Shown: piece by piece, positions 1-9,299 of the stretch
How the letters are laid out: every line of letters starts with the position of its first letter
Numbering within the stretch: the first letter of the stretch is position 1
From: Candidatus Poseidoniaceae archaeon
Lineage (GTDB): Archaea; Thermoplasmatota; Poseidoniia; Poseidoniales; Poseidoniaceae
Reading direction: 5' to 3'
Assembly: GCA_965662895.1 (NCBI GenBank)
Contig: CBFIJH010000014.1
Location: forward strand, 1-54,141
Length of the DNA: 54,141 bases
Position numbers and translations under genes: made by a program
The notes under the pieces: generated by a model
Seen by the model: only the letters and a program-made list of their open reading frames with translations
Database searches by the model: none
Told to the model about the DNA's origin: nothing

Positions 1-2
1 CC

Positions 3-803
3 ATTGCAGACCTTTCTGTCTCGATGATTGGTTTGACCATCGTCACCGTTGGTATTGCCAACTGGTGGCGTGAAGATTTGCCGTTCAAAGGCTACGGCGA
101 ACAAATCGCTACATCCGACCCATTCGCTGGCCAACACATCCGCAAGGCTGGAATTTGGGTCTTCCTGATGTCCGAAGTGATGGTTTTCGCTACCTTCTTC
201 TCTTCCTACCTCCGAATGCGTACCGAATGGTGCACAAAGTGGGCGTTCGATGATGGAAAGTGTACGCTTGAACCCGGTGAAGGACTGGCTATGACTGCGT
301 CGGATTATCTTCGACCGGGTGGTGCTGCAGGTACGGGTGACTTCTGGACCATGCTTCCTGGTGCAGTCAACACCTTCGCACTGATCGTTTCCTCGTACAC
401 CATCGTCTTGGCACTCAAGGTTGCCAAGTCGCACGACTACAAAGCTCCCAGCGGCTTCCTTGGCAAATTGATGCCAACAAAAAAAGCAGCCATACGCAAC
501 TATCTCATCATCACCCTCGCACTGGGTACGATGTTTATTGTCCTCAAGTTGGTCGAGTGGAGCCATCTCATCGCAGAAGGGTTCACCATAGGAACCGAAC
601 AGGGTTCAATCTTCTATGTGGCAACCGGTGCCCACGGTGTTCACGTCTTCGCTGGATTGTTGGTCATGCTCTACATGATCTTCAAGGCCGACACGGTTGA
701 GTGGGACGAAGAGAACGCACAAGGAGTCGAGTACTTCGGTCTCTATTGGCACTTTGTCGATTTGGCTTGGGTTGTCATCTTCCCAGCATTCTATTTGTAT
801 TGA
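3..803 (+). CDS. coxC: Cytochrome c oxidase subunit III (5' end probably outside window)
   Basis: The frame is open from the window edge (IADLSVSM...). COX3 motifs GIWVFLMSEVMVFATFF, FYVATGAHGVHV and GLYWHFVDLAWVVIFP are present. Confidence 0.93.
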   Translation: MADLSVSMIGLTIVTVGIANWWREDLPFKGYGEQIATSDPFAGQHIRKAGIWVFLMSEVMVFATFFSSYLRMRTEWCTKWAFDDGKCTLEPGEGLAMTASDYLRPGGAAGTGDFWTMLPGAVNTFALIVSSYTIVLALKVAKSHDYKAPSGFLGKLMPTKKAAIRNYLIITLALGTMFIVLKLVEWSHLIAEGFTIGTEQGSIFYVATGAHGVHVFAGLLVMLYMIFKADTVEWDEENAQGVEYFGLYWHFVDLAWVVIFPAFYLY

Positions 804-808
804 GGTGA
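802..808 (+). promoter_or_regulatory. Shine-Dalgarno GAGGTGA before coxD
   Basis: GAGGTGA overlaps the coxC stop and ends 4 nt before ATG 813; it matches the archaeal anti-SD. Confidence 0.75.
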
Positions 809-812
809 AATT

Positions 813-1178
813 ATGGGCGAGCACAAACTGTACATGGGCAAAGACATCTACTTCTGGAACTTCATTGTATTGATGATATTCACATTGTTTGAAGTTGGGG
901 CGGTCTTCTTTGAAGAAGTTCCTGGAACGGACATTCCAGTTTCACTCACAGCAGTGTGGGCGATTCTCATCGTTGTTGGAATCGTCAAAGGATTCGGTAT
1001 TGGAGCATTTTTCATGCACCTTTGGGACGACCCACGAATCTATCTTCGCGTTGCAATGTTTCCAACCCTCTTCGTCTTGTTGATGCTTTGGGGAATTGGC
1101 CTGTCAAATCCCGAGGGAGTTACGGGTCTTCCAGGATGGTGCACGCCAAACTGGGATTCATTAGTGACCGAGCGCTGA
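813..1178 (+). CDS. coxD: Cytochrome c oxidase subunit IV (caa3-type small subunit)
   Basis: Three hydrophobic helices with L-x-x-x-T-x-x-E and K-x6-FFMHL motifs typical of prokaryotic COX4; follows subunit III with an SD. Confidence 0.85.
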   Translation: MGEHKLYMGKDIYFWNFIVLMIFTLFEVGAVFFEEVPGTDIPVSLTAVWAILIVVGIVKGFGIGAFFMHLWDDPRIYLRVAMFPTLFVLLMLWGIGLSNPEGVTGLPGWCTPNWDSLVTER

Positions 1179-1187
1179 GGTAGACCA

Positions 1188-2714
1188 ATGCGAACCATCG
1201 CGCTATTCACCGTTGGATTGTTGTTGTCTGTAGCGCTTGCTGGAGCACCGGTTTCAGCGTACAATGGGATACAATTGAGTTATGCGAGTGTCGGCAACTT
1301 TACGCTGGTCGATCAAAACAATTCAGAGTTCAAATTGTCGGATGCAACGGAAGAAATCGTTGTTGTTTCGTTCTTCTTCACCCGCTGTCCCGATGTATGT
1401 CCAGTCATTACGCAAAATCTCAAGTTGGTTCATGATACACTACCAGAGGAACTTAAAGACAATGTGGGCTTCGTTGCGGTGACACTCGATCCAAAATACG
1501 ACACGCCAGAAGTCCTGACGGAATACATGGACAGACATGGCGTTGATTGGCCACACCTCACTGGACCGACGGAAGATGTCAAGGAAGTTTGGAGTAAATT
1601 CGCGATTTATGCTGAAGAGTATGTTGTTGATGCACACGATGACAATGTTAGCGATATGGAAGGCAAAGTTCACGATTCGAGCATCGTTTATGTTCGACCG
1701 GATGGAACTGCCGAAGAATTGATGTTCCTTCCAACTGGAATGACGATAACTGCAGCTGCGGCATACGAAGCCAACTGGACACTCAATACGTCCGATACGC
1801 AATATGGTACAATGATCAATGGAATCAATGGCTACGAGGCTCCAGAAGATTGGAGTTGGTGGTGGAGCCTCAAATTGTTCGATGAATCAAAGCAACGCTG
1901 GGAAGATGCTCCAGTCGGGGTTGATTCAGTAAATGCTCTCGAAGAAACGCACTTTGCGTGGTATGCAACTAGCGCAAACGCAAGTCTTCTACAACCGCCC
2001 ATGGGAGATTCGCACAGCGTTCAAGTTGTTTTCCCAGACAATACGAGCGAAATCTCCTACGTCTCTTCGTTCACTGGCTACCATCTCACACAAGGCGCCT
2101 TTGATGGAGCAGAGATTGATGTTGACATTGAAAATGGACAGTTTGGTCACTTTTTGAACAGCATCGACAACGTGTCCGCTCCTGCTGACTGGAGTTGGTA
2201 TTGGGAGCTCCACACATGGAACGACACATCGGGTGCTTGGGAAGATGCTCAAGTTGGCATGGATGGAATCGACCAACCAATGACATTAGCCTGGGCGTCC
2301 AACAACACAAGCAACGATGCAATTCCACTCCCAGGCTTTGCTGTTATCGAAGACACTGAGTGCAATGGTCATGGTTGGATCATGGGTTCAGGAAGCAGTG
2401 CGCACTGCATGTGTGATGAAGGGTACGAGTGGGCAGAAGATGACATGCTCGCCTGTATCCCTGTTGAATCCGAACCCGAATATACAGTTGGGCACTTTGC
2501 CTACACCTACATTCTCGATGAAGACAAGAAGCCGCGAGTTCGTTACGTTGACGATTCGTGGTTGGCCTCTGACTTTGTGGAAGACGTTGTCGAGCTTGCA
2601 GAACGTGAAGGCATCATTGGGAACGATTCTGAAGGTATACCTTCCGTTGGCTTCCTCGTTTCTGTCGCAGTTGTCTCTATGGCAGCCATTTCTCTTCGTT
2701 CAAAATCTGAATAA
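1188..2714 (+). CDS. SCO1/SenC copper chaperone with two inserted DUF4430-like domains, an EGF-like module and a C-terminal membrane anchor
   Basis: Signal peptide; FTLVDQN, FFFTRCPDVCP, VTLDPKYDTPEVL and WPHLTG SCO motifs; distal YTVGHFAYTYILD His motif; cox operon context; IPSVGF + hydrophobic stretch + basic C-terminus. Confidence 0.85.
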   Translation: MRTIALFTVGLLLSVALAGAPVSAYNGIQLSYASVGNFTLVDQNNSEFKLSDATEEIVVVSFFFTRCPDVCPVITQNLKLVHDTLPEELKDNVGFVAVTLDPKYDTPEVLTEYMDRHGVDWPHLTGPTEDVKEVWSKFAIYAEEYVVDAHDDNVSDMEGKVHDSSIVYVRPDGTAEELMFLPTGMTITAAAAYEANWTLNTSDTQYGTMINGINGYEAPEDWSWWWSLKLFDESKQRWEDAPVGVDSVNALEETHFAWYATSANASLLQPPMGDSHSVQVVFPDNTSEISYVSSFTGYHLTQGAFDGAEIDVDIENGQFGHFLNSIDNVSAPADWSWYWELHTWNDTSGAWEDAQVGMDGIDQPMTLAWASNNTSNDAIPLPGFAVIEDTECNGHGWIMGSGSSAHCMCDEGYEWAEDDMLACIPVESEPEYTVGHFAYTYILDEDKKPRVRYVDDSWLASDFVEDVVELAEREGIIGNDSEGIPSVGFLVSVAVVSMAAISLRSKSE

Positions 2715-2758
2715 TCGAGGGAAAAGAGTTTGATAGAGTTCGTTGTGGCCAAGTCACT

Positions 2759-2843
2759 GCGGAGGTCGCATAGCCAGGTATTGCGCCGGATTTGAAATCC
2801 GGTGTCTCATGACTCGGGGGTTCAAATCCCTCTCTCCGCGCCA
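2759..2843 (+). tRNA. tRNA-Ser(TGA), CCA encoded
   Basis: Acceptor GCGGAGG/TCTCCGC, discriminator G + CCA; anticodon arm CCGGA-TTTGAAA-TCCGG; long variable arm; T-loop GGTTCAAATCC. Confidence 0.95.
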
Positions 2844-2891
2844 TCGATTTCGAGAGAAGCATTCACAAACTCTAGGACCCCTCAATGGCAT

Positions 2892-4346
2892 ATGGGCCGA
2901 GGGTTGCTGGGCATTCTTCTTGCATCCACCTTTTTGCTTGCCGGATGTCTTGCACCAGTTGCACCGGATTGGGGCAATGATATCTCCGTTGAACGAAGCG
3001 GCGATGGTACATTCACCTTCACATCGTCCATGTCTGGAAATACCATCAATTCTCAATTCAATGAAAGCGGTTGCTCAAGTGGTGACCTCGGAGCGGACAA
3101 TGATGGTGAAATCAAATTTGAAGGCTACATGAGTGCCAGTCAGATTTACGATTCACACACAGCGGATTTGCCAGATGTTGCTTATGCGACCTCCGCAGCC
3201 ATTGCAGTTCATTCAATGTCCTTTGAGAGTGCAAAAAATGTACGCTCAGGGGAAGGTGAGCGTGTTGAAGTCAAAGATTGGAGCAATCCCGTTGCGCCCA
3301 AGACAGGAGCAGGTACAGCGAACTTGGAGAAGATCGACGGCGATTCGGACAGCAAATGGTTCGTCCTCGGATTGATTCCAGCAAGTGAAAACATCAACGA
3401 TGGTGTTGCTGCACTCGGAAAATACCACCAACCCATCCGAATCACTGGATATCTCGTCGAAAGCGAAGGCGGTGGTAAGGCAATTGGCGGTATTTGGAGC
3501 GGGGCAAGCGATATCCAAGCATCCTCCGATTGTGTTGCAAAGACAGGAAACCAAAATATTGCCCAAGTGTACGTTCTTGTTACAAAAATCGAACTCGCTG
3601 ACAACGTGGTCAGTCTCAGTGGTGACCATGAGGACGAGTACACCTTTGGCGACGTAGCAATCCTTGGTCGTGCAGGATTCATTCTCTTCGTGCTCGTTGT
3701 TGGTGCAGGCGGCGCAGTTGGCGCCTACATGTATTCCTCGCTCCGACTCAATATGAGTGCCCGTAGCGTCGCATTGACACTTCTCGGGAAGGAAGGCGTT
3801 GAGAAGGCTGCTCAAGTCCGTAAAGATGTCAAAGATGCGAAGAAATCGGGCATGACTACCCCCGATGAGCGTCGAGCAGAGCAACGTAAGCAAGCCAAAC
3901 CTTCCGCTTCTGAGAAACTCAAAAAATCAAAGAAGAATAAAAACGATGGTTTCGGCTCATTTTCAATCGATAGTGCTCTTGGTGGAGGATCTTCTTCTGC
4001 TTCGCGTTCAGAATTCGGTTCAGGAAGTTCTGTTGTGGCTTCCAATGATGCAAAGCGCGTCGAAAAAGAAATTCAGGAAAGTGAATCGTTTGTTCCTCCA
4101 ACCTCCACCTTTGGAGGAGGAACTGCTGTATCAAGCACGTCGAATTCAGTTCCTCCTTCGATTTCCACATCACCACGCTCCTCTGGCCCACCTAAGTCAT
4201 CAGCACCTGCAGAGAAACCGAAAGTCCGTCGTCGAAGAGCCGTCCGTAAACAGGCAACTCCCGAGCCTGAACCCGAACCTGAGCCGCAGAATGACGAATC
4301 ATACCACCAAGAGGAAGAAGAAGATTTCTCGGATTTCAGCATCTAA
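2892..4346 (+). CDS. Hypothetical lipoprotein with an internal TM helix and a long low-complexity C-terminal tail
   Basis: The ORF-track start (2802) lies inside the tRNA. ATG 2892 gives MGRGLLGILLASTFLLAGC (lipobox). TM GFILFVLVVGAGGAVGAYMY is followed by a K/S/P-rich tail, PEPEPEPEP and an acidic end. Confidence 0.75.
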   Translation: MGRGLLGILLASTFLLAGCLAPVAPDWGNDISVERSGDGTFTFTSSMSGNTINSQFNESGCSSGDLGADNDGEIKFEGYMSASQIYDSHTADLPDVAYATSAAIAVHSMSFESAKNVRSGEGERVEVKDWSNPVAPKTGAGTANLEKIDGDSDSKWFVLGLIPASENINDGVAALGKYHQPIRITGYLVESEGGGKAIGGIWSGASDIQASSDCVAKTGNQNIAQVYVLVTKIELADNVVSLSGDHEDEYTFGDVAILGRAGFILFVLVVGAGGAVGAYMYSSLRLNMSARSVALTLLGKEGVEKAAQVRKDVKDAKKSGMTTPDERRAEQRKQAKPSASEKLKKSKKNKNDGFGSFSIDSALGGGSSSASRSEFGSGSSVVASNDAKRVEKEIQESESFVPPTSTFGGGTAVSSTSNSVPPSISTSPRSSGPPKSSAPAEKPKVRRRRAVRKQATPEPEPEPEPQNDESYHQEEEEDFSDFSI

Positions 4347-5380
4347 GCCCAAAAGACGTCCTTTGCGCCTCTGAAAATGATTTGATTCTGATGCCATTCA
4401 AGCGTTGCAGGCAATTGCAACAACGGTTCTCCATCGGCTTGAATGAACGTTGGATGACCAACGGGAACATCCGAAGGTTTCCCATCCTTGTCAACAGGTC
4501 GAAGCGTAACACGATTGACATCGATTTGTTCAATGCCCCACTTTCCAACGTGCTTTCCTTTCTTGACAGGGCCCATGAGTTGGAGCATTTGCAAGCGACT
4601 CAAACGGTAAGCGAGGACGATGGAGCCTTCTTTACGGGTTGGATGCATGTTGGGAACAACTCGATAACCTCCTCCGAACGTTTCTCCGGTTGTTACGGTC
4701 ATCATGGTCAAATCGTGAATCGTTGCTTCGCCATCATCCAGAGTTAACTCAACTTTCCTTCGTGGCCAGAATGGGATCGTCGTAACACCAAGATACGTGT
4801 ACTTTTTTGGACCCTTAATCCATTTTGCTCGACGTAGTTTCGCTCGACTGATTGCCGATGTAATCCCTGCATCAGATTCGAGGAAAACCCATCGGACTGT
4901 ACGTCCTTCGTGAACCGGTTCACCATCCCATCGGTTCGAAGGTGGTGAGGGATAACCGTCCAGTGTTGGAGCTGCGACGCCTTCCAATCGCCAGGCTCCA
5001 CAAGAACGGTCGGTTCCATTGATGAGAATTTCAATCGCATCGTTGAGGTTGTTTCGTGGAATTCCGTGCGTAATGCTGCAGTCGTTTCCAGATCCAAATG
5101 GAATCTGTCCGAGTGGAATCTTCGAGCCGCGTAAGGCTGAGGCGACTTCGTGAACGATACCATCCCCGCCTACGGCTACAACAAGAGGCGATTCTTCTCC
5201 TGTTGATTCGACCTCGTTCCTGATTTCATGCGCAAGTGCTGCACCATGGCCAATACGTTCGGTCATATGTTCAACGACGTCAAATCCCTTCTCAGTCAAT
5301 CGCTTTTTGATACCAGGCCAGGCCTTTGCGCAACGAAAGTCCCGACTTGCAGGATTGATGATAAAATAGGCCTTGACCAT
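4343..5380 (-). CDS. Diacylglycerol kinase family (YegS/DgkB-like) lipid kinase
   Basis: IINPAS, VVAVGGDGIVHEV, IPFGSGND, TFGGGY and QADGE motifs. Start set at MVKAYF from the upstream promoter-like hexamer. Confidence 0.88.
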   Translation of the reverse strand: MVKAYFIINPASRDFRCAKAWPGIKKRLTEKGFDVVEHMTERIGHGAALAHEIRNEVESTGEESPLVVAVGGDGIVHEVASALRGSKIPLGQIPFGSGNDCSITHGIPRNNLNDAIEILINGTDRSCGAWRLEGVAAPTLDGYPSPPSNRWDGEPVHEGRTVRWVFLESDAGITSAISRAKLRRAKWIKGPKKYTYLGVTTIPFWPRRKVELTLDDGEATIHDLTMMTVTTGETFGGGYRVVPNMHPTRKEGSIVLAYRLSRLQMLQLMGPVKKGKHVGKWGIEQIDVNRVTLRPVDKDGKPSDVPVGHPTFIQADGEPLLQLPATLEWHQNQIIFRGAKDVFWA

Positions 5381-5474
5381 ACGGTTTGCTGATTCTTGCA
5401 CGGTTTCAATGTATCCATGGTTCAACGAACAGACTCTTCAACTCGATACCTTTCGCTATCGTTGAGGACCATCC

Positions 5475-6497
5475 ATGTGGACCAAGGAGGACGAGACGTT
5501 CATGCAACGTGCACTTGACGTTGCTGAACGAGGAAGGGGGCGCGTAGCACCCAATCCGCTGGTCGGTTGCGTTCTCGTTAAGGAAGGCAAAATTATTGCA
5601 GAAGGTTGGCACGACCATCTCGGTGGACTTCATGCCGAACAGATGGCCATTCATGATGCTGAATCGAAAGGAAACTCACCAAACGGGGCAACGGCCTATG
5701 TCACGCTCGAACCCTGCAATCACTACGGTCGTACGCCTCCATGCACCGAAGCCTTGCTCTGGTCTGGAGTCAAACACGTGATTGTTGCTCATGCTGATCC
5801 AAATCCAACGGTTCGTGGAAAAGGCTTCCAAGTCCTCAGAGATGCTGGAATCTCTGTTCAATCAGGTCTTCTTGAACAACAAGCTGCTGAACAAATGAAA
5901 CCGTTTCTTCACTGGTGCAAGCATCGACGCCCAATCGTCACCGTCAAACTCGCCGTCGATGCGAACGGTTCTGTCGATGACCGCGCTGAAGCACCTCAGC
6001 GGTTCACCAGTGAAACCTGTCTTGACGAAGTGCATCGCCTTCGAATGGACTGCGATGCAATCCTTGTCGGAGCGGAAACAGTCGAGCGAGACAACCCGTC
6101 CCTCACCGTTCGTCGAATCGAGACCGAGCGTCAACCACTTCGCGTCATTCTTGACCCTCAGGAACGGACCAATCCGAATGCAGTCGTGTATACGGATGGT
6201 CATGAAACCATACAAATTGGAGCAGATTACAACGGACTACTTCCACTTCTCAACCGCTTAGGTGATTTGGAAAAGCAACGGCTGCTCATTGAAGGTGGAC
6301 CAACGACCATCCATTCATTCCTCAACGAAGGACTTGTGGACGAATTCTTCCTTATTCGTAGCACGATTGTCCATCGACAACCTGTTCCATCAAACATCGA
6401 TCGAGATGTTCTCAGTCAAGCAGGTTTGTCAATGCAGAGAGAAGAGCAATGGGGCGATGAATTGGTTCAGTTCTGGATTCGAAATGCTTCGCAGTGA
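5475..6497 (+). CDS. ribD: Bifunctional riboflavin biosynthesis deaminase/reductase RibD
   Basis: PNPLVGCVLV, HAE and TLEPCNHYGRTPPC zinc-deaminase motifs; reductase AILVGAETV..DNPSLTVR and LLIEGG. Confidence 0.95.
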   Translation: MWTKEDETFMQRALDVAERGRGRVAPNPLVGCVLVKEGKIIAEGWHDHLGGLHAEQMAIHDAESKGNSPNGATAYVTLEPCNHYGRTPPCTEALLWSGVKHVIVAHADPNPTVRGKGFQVLRDAGISVQSGLLEQQAAEQMKPFLHWCKHRRPIVTVKLAVDANGSVDDRAEAPQRFTSETCLDEVHRLRMDCDAILVGAETVERDNPSLTVRRIETERQPLRVILDPQERTNPNAVVYTDGHETIQIGADYNGLLPLLNRLGDLEKQRLLIEGGPTTIHSFLNEGLVDEFFLIRSTIVHRQPVPSNIDRDVLSQAGLSMQREEQWGDELVQFWIRNASQ

Positions 6498-6500
6498 TGT

Positions 6501-6510
6501 GAAGAAAAAG
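6501..6510 (-). terminator. Putative oligo(T) terminator after tRNA-Arg
   Basis: The minus strand reads CTTTTTCTTC directly after the tRNA discriminator base. Confidence 0.45.
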
Positions 6511-6584
6511 CGGGCGATGCAGGATTCGAACCCACGTCTCCGGCTCCGAAGGCCGGAAGGATATCCAGACTACCCTAATCGCCC
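6511..6584 (-). tRNA. tRNA-Arg(TCG), CCA not encoded
   Basis: Reverse complement GGGCGAT...ATCGCCC-G; anticodon arm CCGGC-CTTCGGA-GCCGG; T-loop GGTTCGAATCC. Confidence 0.95.
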
Positions 6585-6645
6585 AACCCTTCCGAGTTGG
6601 CTCCCCTTTTTGAAGGAGTTGGCTCAGTCGATTCTGAGAATTTCA

Positions 6646-7071
6646 TCAACCCCCCATGTATTCGGGTAATACGTAGAACCAGATGATTATTGGCGCAGCA
6701 ATATAGAGTACTAACGTAATGTAGCCAAGGGTCAAACCGATGATACCCTGCGCACGACCAATGCCGATTTGCTTGCCTCTTGAAGCTCCAATGTGACCAA
6801 AGATGATACCAAGAATACCAAAAAACCAACCAACAATGCATGTGAGGCCTTCAAGGAATGGACCCGCTATGGTGAGTGCAATCCCAGTAATTCCGAGAGC
6901 GAGTCCAGCGTTGGCCATCGAATTTGATATTGGACCTTGTTGGAGGATGATTTGATTGGTAGGGAAAGCCTTGACCTGACCAGCCAACGCTGGCTGGGCA
7001 GGTGCGGGTTCCTGTGCTTTGGCCGGTATAATAACGACCGACGGAGGTGGCTTTTGTGCACCAACGGTCAT
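6646..7071 (-). CDS. DUF4190-like membrane protein (paralog 1)
   Basis: P/Q/A-rich N-terminus, then NSMANAGLALGI...GILGIIFGHIG...AQGIIGLTLGY. Confidence 0.78.
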   Translation of the reverse strand: MTVGAQKPPPSVVIIPAKAQEPAPAQPALAGQVKAFPTNQIILQQGPISNSMANAGLALGITGIALTIAGPFLEGLTCIVGWFFGILGIIFGHIGASRGKQIGIGRAQGIIGLTLGYITLVLYIAAPIIIWFYVLPEYMGG

Positions 7072-7130
7072 AATAGCCTGTCAACTTCCAAGATAATCAA
7101 GATTTTCCCGTCGAAAACACTGTCTCGGTT

Positions 7131-7556
7131 CTAAATCGACGAACCTGCCCCAATCGATCCGAGGAGAAGGAACGGGACCAGATATCCTGCAAGCGTCAGG
7201 TATCCGAGAATCAAACCAGCCACGCCTTGTCCTCCGCCGACACCTGTCTTGCTTCCTTGTGATGCACCAATGTGTCCAAAGATGACGGCAAGGAGAGCGA
7301 ACAGCCAACTGAACAAGAAGAAAAAGCACAAAAACGGGATAAACCCGAGAATGAAGGTTGTGATGGCGAGAATTCCCATCACCAAACCGGTTGTTGCAGC
7401 ACCATTACCACTGTTTTGAGCGACCAGTATGTTCTGGGCCATCATCGGTTGAGGTTGTCCATAGAGCATCGGTTGGACCGGTTGAATGGGTTGTGGAGCA
7501 GGCATCGTCTGTATAGGAACTGATGTTGGTTGCCCGCCCGGTTGTTGTGGCTGCAT
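7131..7556 (-). CDS. DUF4190-like membrane protein (paralog 2)
   Basis: Start at MQPQQPGG (the longer ORF start overlaps pckA). NGAATTGLVMGI...ALLAVIFGHIG...QGVAGLILGY. Confidence 0.78.
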   Translation of the reverse strand: MQPQQPGGQPTSVPIQTMPAPQPIQPVQPMLYGQPQPMMAQNILVAQNSGNGAATTGLVMGILAITTFILGFIPFLCFFFLFSWLFALLAVIFGHIGASQGSKTGVGGGQGVAGLILGYLTLAGYLVPFLLLGSIGAGSSI

Positions 7557-7593
7557 GCCTAACGGTAGGCGTCTTGGATATTCAAGATGGCGG

Positions 7594-9186
7594 TCAAACA
7601 GCTCTAGGCGCAGCTTGGTTGACCGCGTCCGATACGCCAGAGGCATATCGCTCAAAGTTCTCGTTGAACATGTTGGCAAGTTTGTCTGCTGTTGCATCGT
7701 ATGCATCCTTGTTCTCCCAAGTCGTCTTTGGTTGCAAGACTTCACTTGGAACGTCTGGACATGAGGTTGGGATTTCAAAGCCAAATCGGTCGTCCTTGAC
7801 ATACTCAACGTTGTCGAGTTCACCATCGAGTGCTGCGTTCAACATAGCTCGAGTGTATCGAATCTTCATCCGGTTTCCGACACCGTACGGACCACCGTTC
7901 CAACCGGTATTGATGAGCCAAGCCGTGGATCCATGTTGCTCCATCTTCGCTGAAAGCAGGTCGGCGTAGACGCCAGGATGCATCGGCATGAACGGTTCGC
8001 CGAAACAGGCTGAGAAGGTTGCTTGTGGTTCCTTGACGCCAACTTCGGTTCCAGCAACCTTTGCAGTGTAGCCAGAAATGAAATGATAAGCAGCTTGCTC
8101 AGGTGTAAGTCGAGAGATTGGTGGAAGAACACCAAACGCGTCACAGGTGAGGAAGATGACATTCTGTGGATGACCTCCACGAGAGTCTGGGGTTCGGTTG
8201 TCAATGAACTCAATCGGATAGGAACCCCGAGTATTCTGCGTTTTGCTGACATCGGTGAAGTCGGGGACACCGTTTTGATCGAGAACGACGTTCTCAAGGA
8301 CAGTACCTCGGCGTCGAGTGGTTCCGAAAATCTCTGGTTCATCTTCTTCCGACAAATCGATGAGTTTTGCATAGCATCCTCCCTCAAAGTTGAACACGCC
8401 ATTGGCACCCCATCCGTGTTCATCATCACCGATGAGTGCACGCTTTGGATCTGCAGATAATGTGGTCTTACCTGTTCCTGAAAGCCCAAAGAAGATTGCT
8501 GTATTCTCTCCGTTGGTGTTCGCTGAGCAATGCATTGGAAGGATGCCCTTCTTTGGAAGTATGAGATTCATGACCGAGAAAATCGACTTCTTGATTTCCC
8601 CAGCATATCGAGTACCCCCAATGATGACTTCGCCGGCTGCGTAGTTGACGATGACGAAGCATTGCGAATTCAGAGCATCATCGTCTGCTTCGAAATGTGG
8701 TGCGTGAAAGACAGTGAACTCAGGCGTGTGGGATGCGAGTTCTTCGGCAGATGGTCGAATGAACATGTTTCGAGCAAAGGTGCTGTGCCAAGCATTGTGC
8801 GTAATGACTCGAATGGGTAACGCTTCACTTGGCTCTGCACCGCACGCCAAGTCTTGGACGAACAAGGCGTCTTGGTCCGAAAGAAAATCGACAACTTGGG
8901 CTCGCATGCGCTCGAACGTTGCAAGATCGGTTGAGACATTGACATCACCCCAGTTAACGTCATTGTTGGTTGATTCTTCATCAACGATGTATTTGTCATT
9001 CGGGGAACGCCCTGTGCGTTCACCGGTCTCGGTCACGAGTGCACCATGAGCGCTCAAGATTCCTTCATTTCTTGACAAAGAAATGTCGATCAGTACATCG
9101 GTATTGAGGTTCCAATGAACCTCACCAGATGCGTTGATTCCGTGCGCTGAAAGAGGTGTCGATGTCGGGGTGGAAGTCTCCGCCAT
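7594..9186 (-). CDS. pckA: Phosphoenolpyruvate carboxykinase (ATP)
   Basis: TGRSPNDK, YAGEIKKSIF, PMHCSAN, GLSGTGKTTLS, LIGDDEHGW, NFEGGCYAK and FSACFGEPF. Start at MAETS is inferred. Confidence 0.96.
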   Translation of the reverse strand: MAETSTPTSTPLSAHGINASGEVHWNLNTDVLIDISLSRNEGILSAHGALVTETGERTGRSPNDKYIVDEESTNNDVNWGDVNVSTDLATFERMRAQVVDFLSDQDALFVQDLACGAEPSEALPIRVITHNAWHSTFARNMFIRPSAEELASHTPEFTVFHAPHFEADDDALNSQCFVIVNYAAGEVIIGGTRYAGEIKKSIFSVMNLILPKKGILPMHCSANTNGENTAIFFGLSGTGKTTLSADPKRALIGDDEHGWGANGVFNFEGGCYAKLIDLSEEDEPEIFGTTRRRGTVLENVVLDQNGVPDFTDVSKTQNTRGSYPIEFIDNRTPDSRGGHPQNVIFLTCDAFGVLPPISRLTPEQAAYHFISGYTAKVAGTEVGVKEPQATFSACFGEPFMPMHPGVYADLLSAKMEQHGSTAWLINTGWNGGPYGVGNRMKIRYTRAMLNAALDGELDNVEYVKDDRFGFEIPTSCPDVPSEVLQPKTTWENKDAYDATADKLANMFNENFERYASGVSDAVNQAAPRAV

Positions 9187-9299
9187 GCACTTTGCTACCG
9201 CGGCCCCTCTTTGTCCCTTTCTCTCCATCCGTTGAGAAATCATTAGGATTCGGAACGACTTGGAGAAGGTTTCAAACGGGACTTTGCTGGGTCCATGCC

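Noticed and set aside
2759-6584. tRNA-anchored integrated element between tRNA-Ser and tRNA-Arg
   Set aside because: No integrase and no duplicated tRNA 3' end seen; the intervening genes are ordinary.
5475-9186. Bacterial-type ribD, pckA and rpe as contamination or a chimeric contig
   Set aside because: They are tightly interleaved with archaeal genes in the same codon style; bacterial-origin metabolic genes are established for this lineage.
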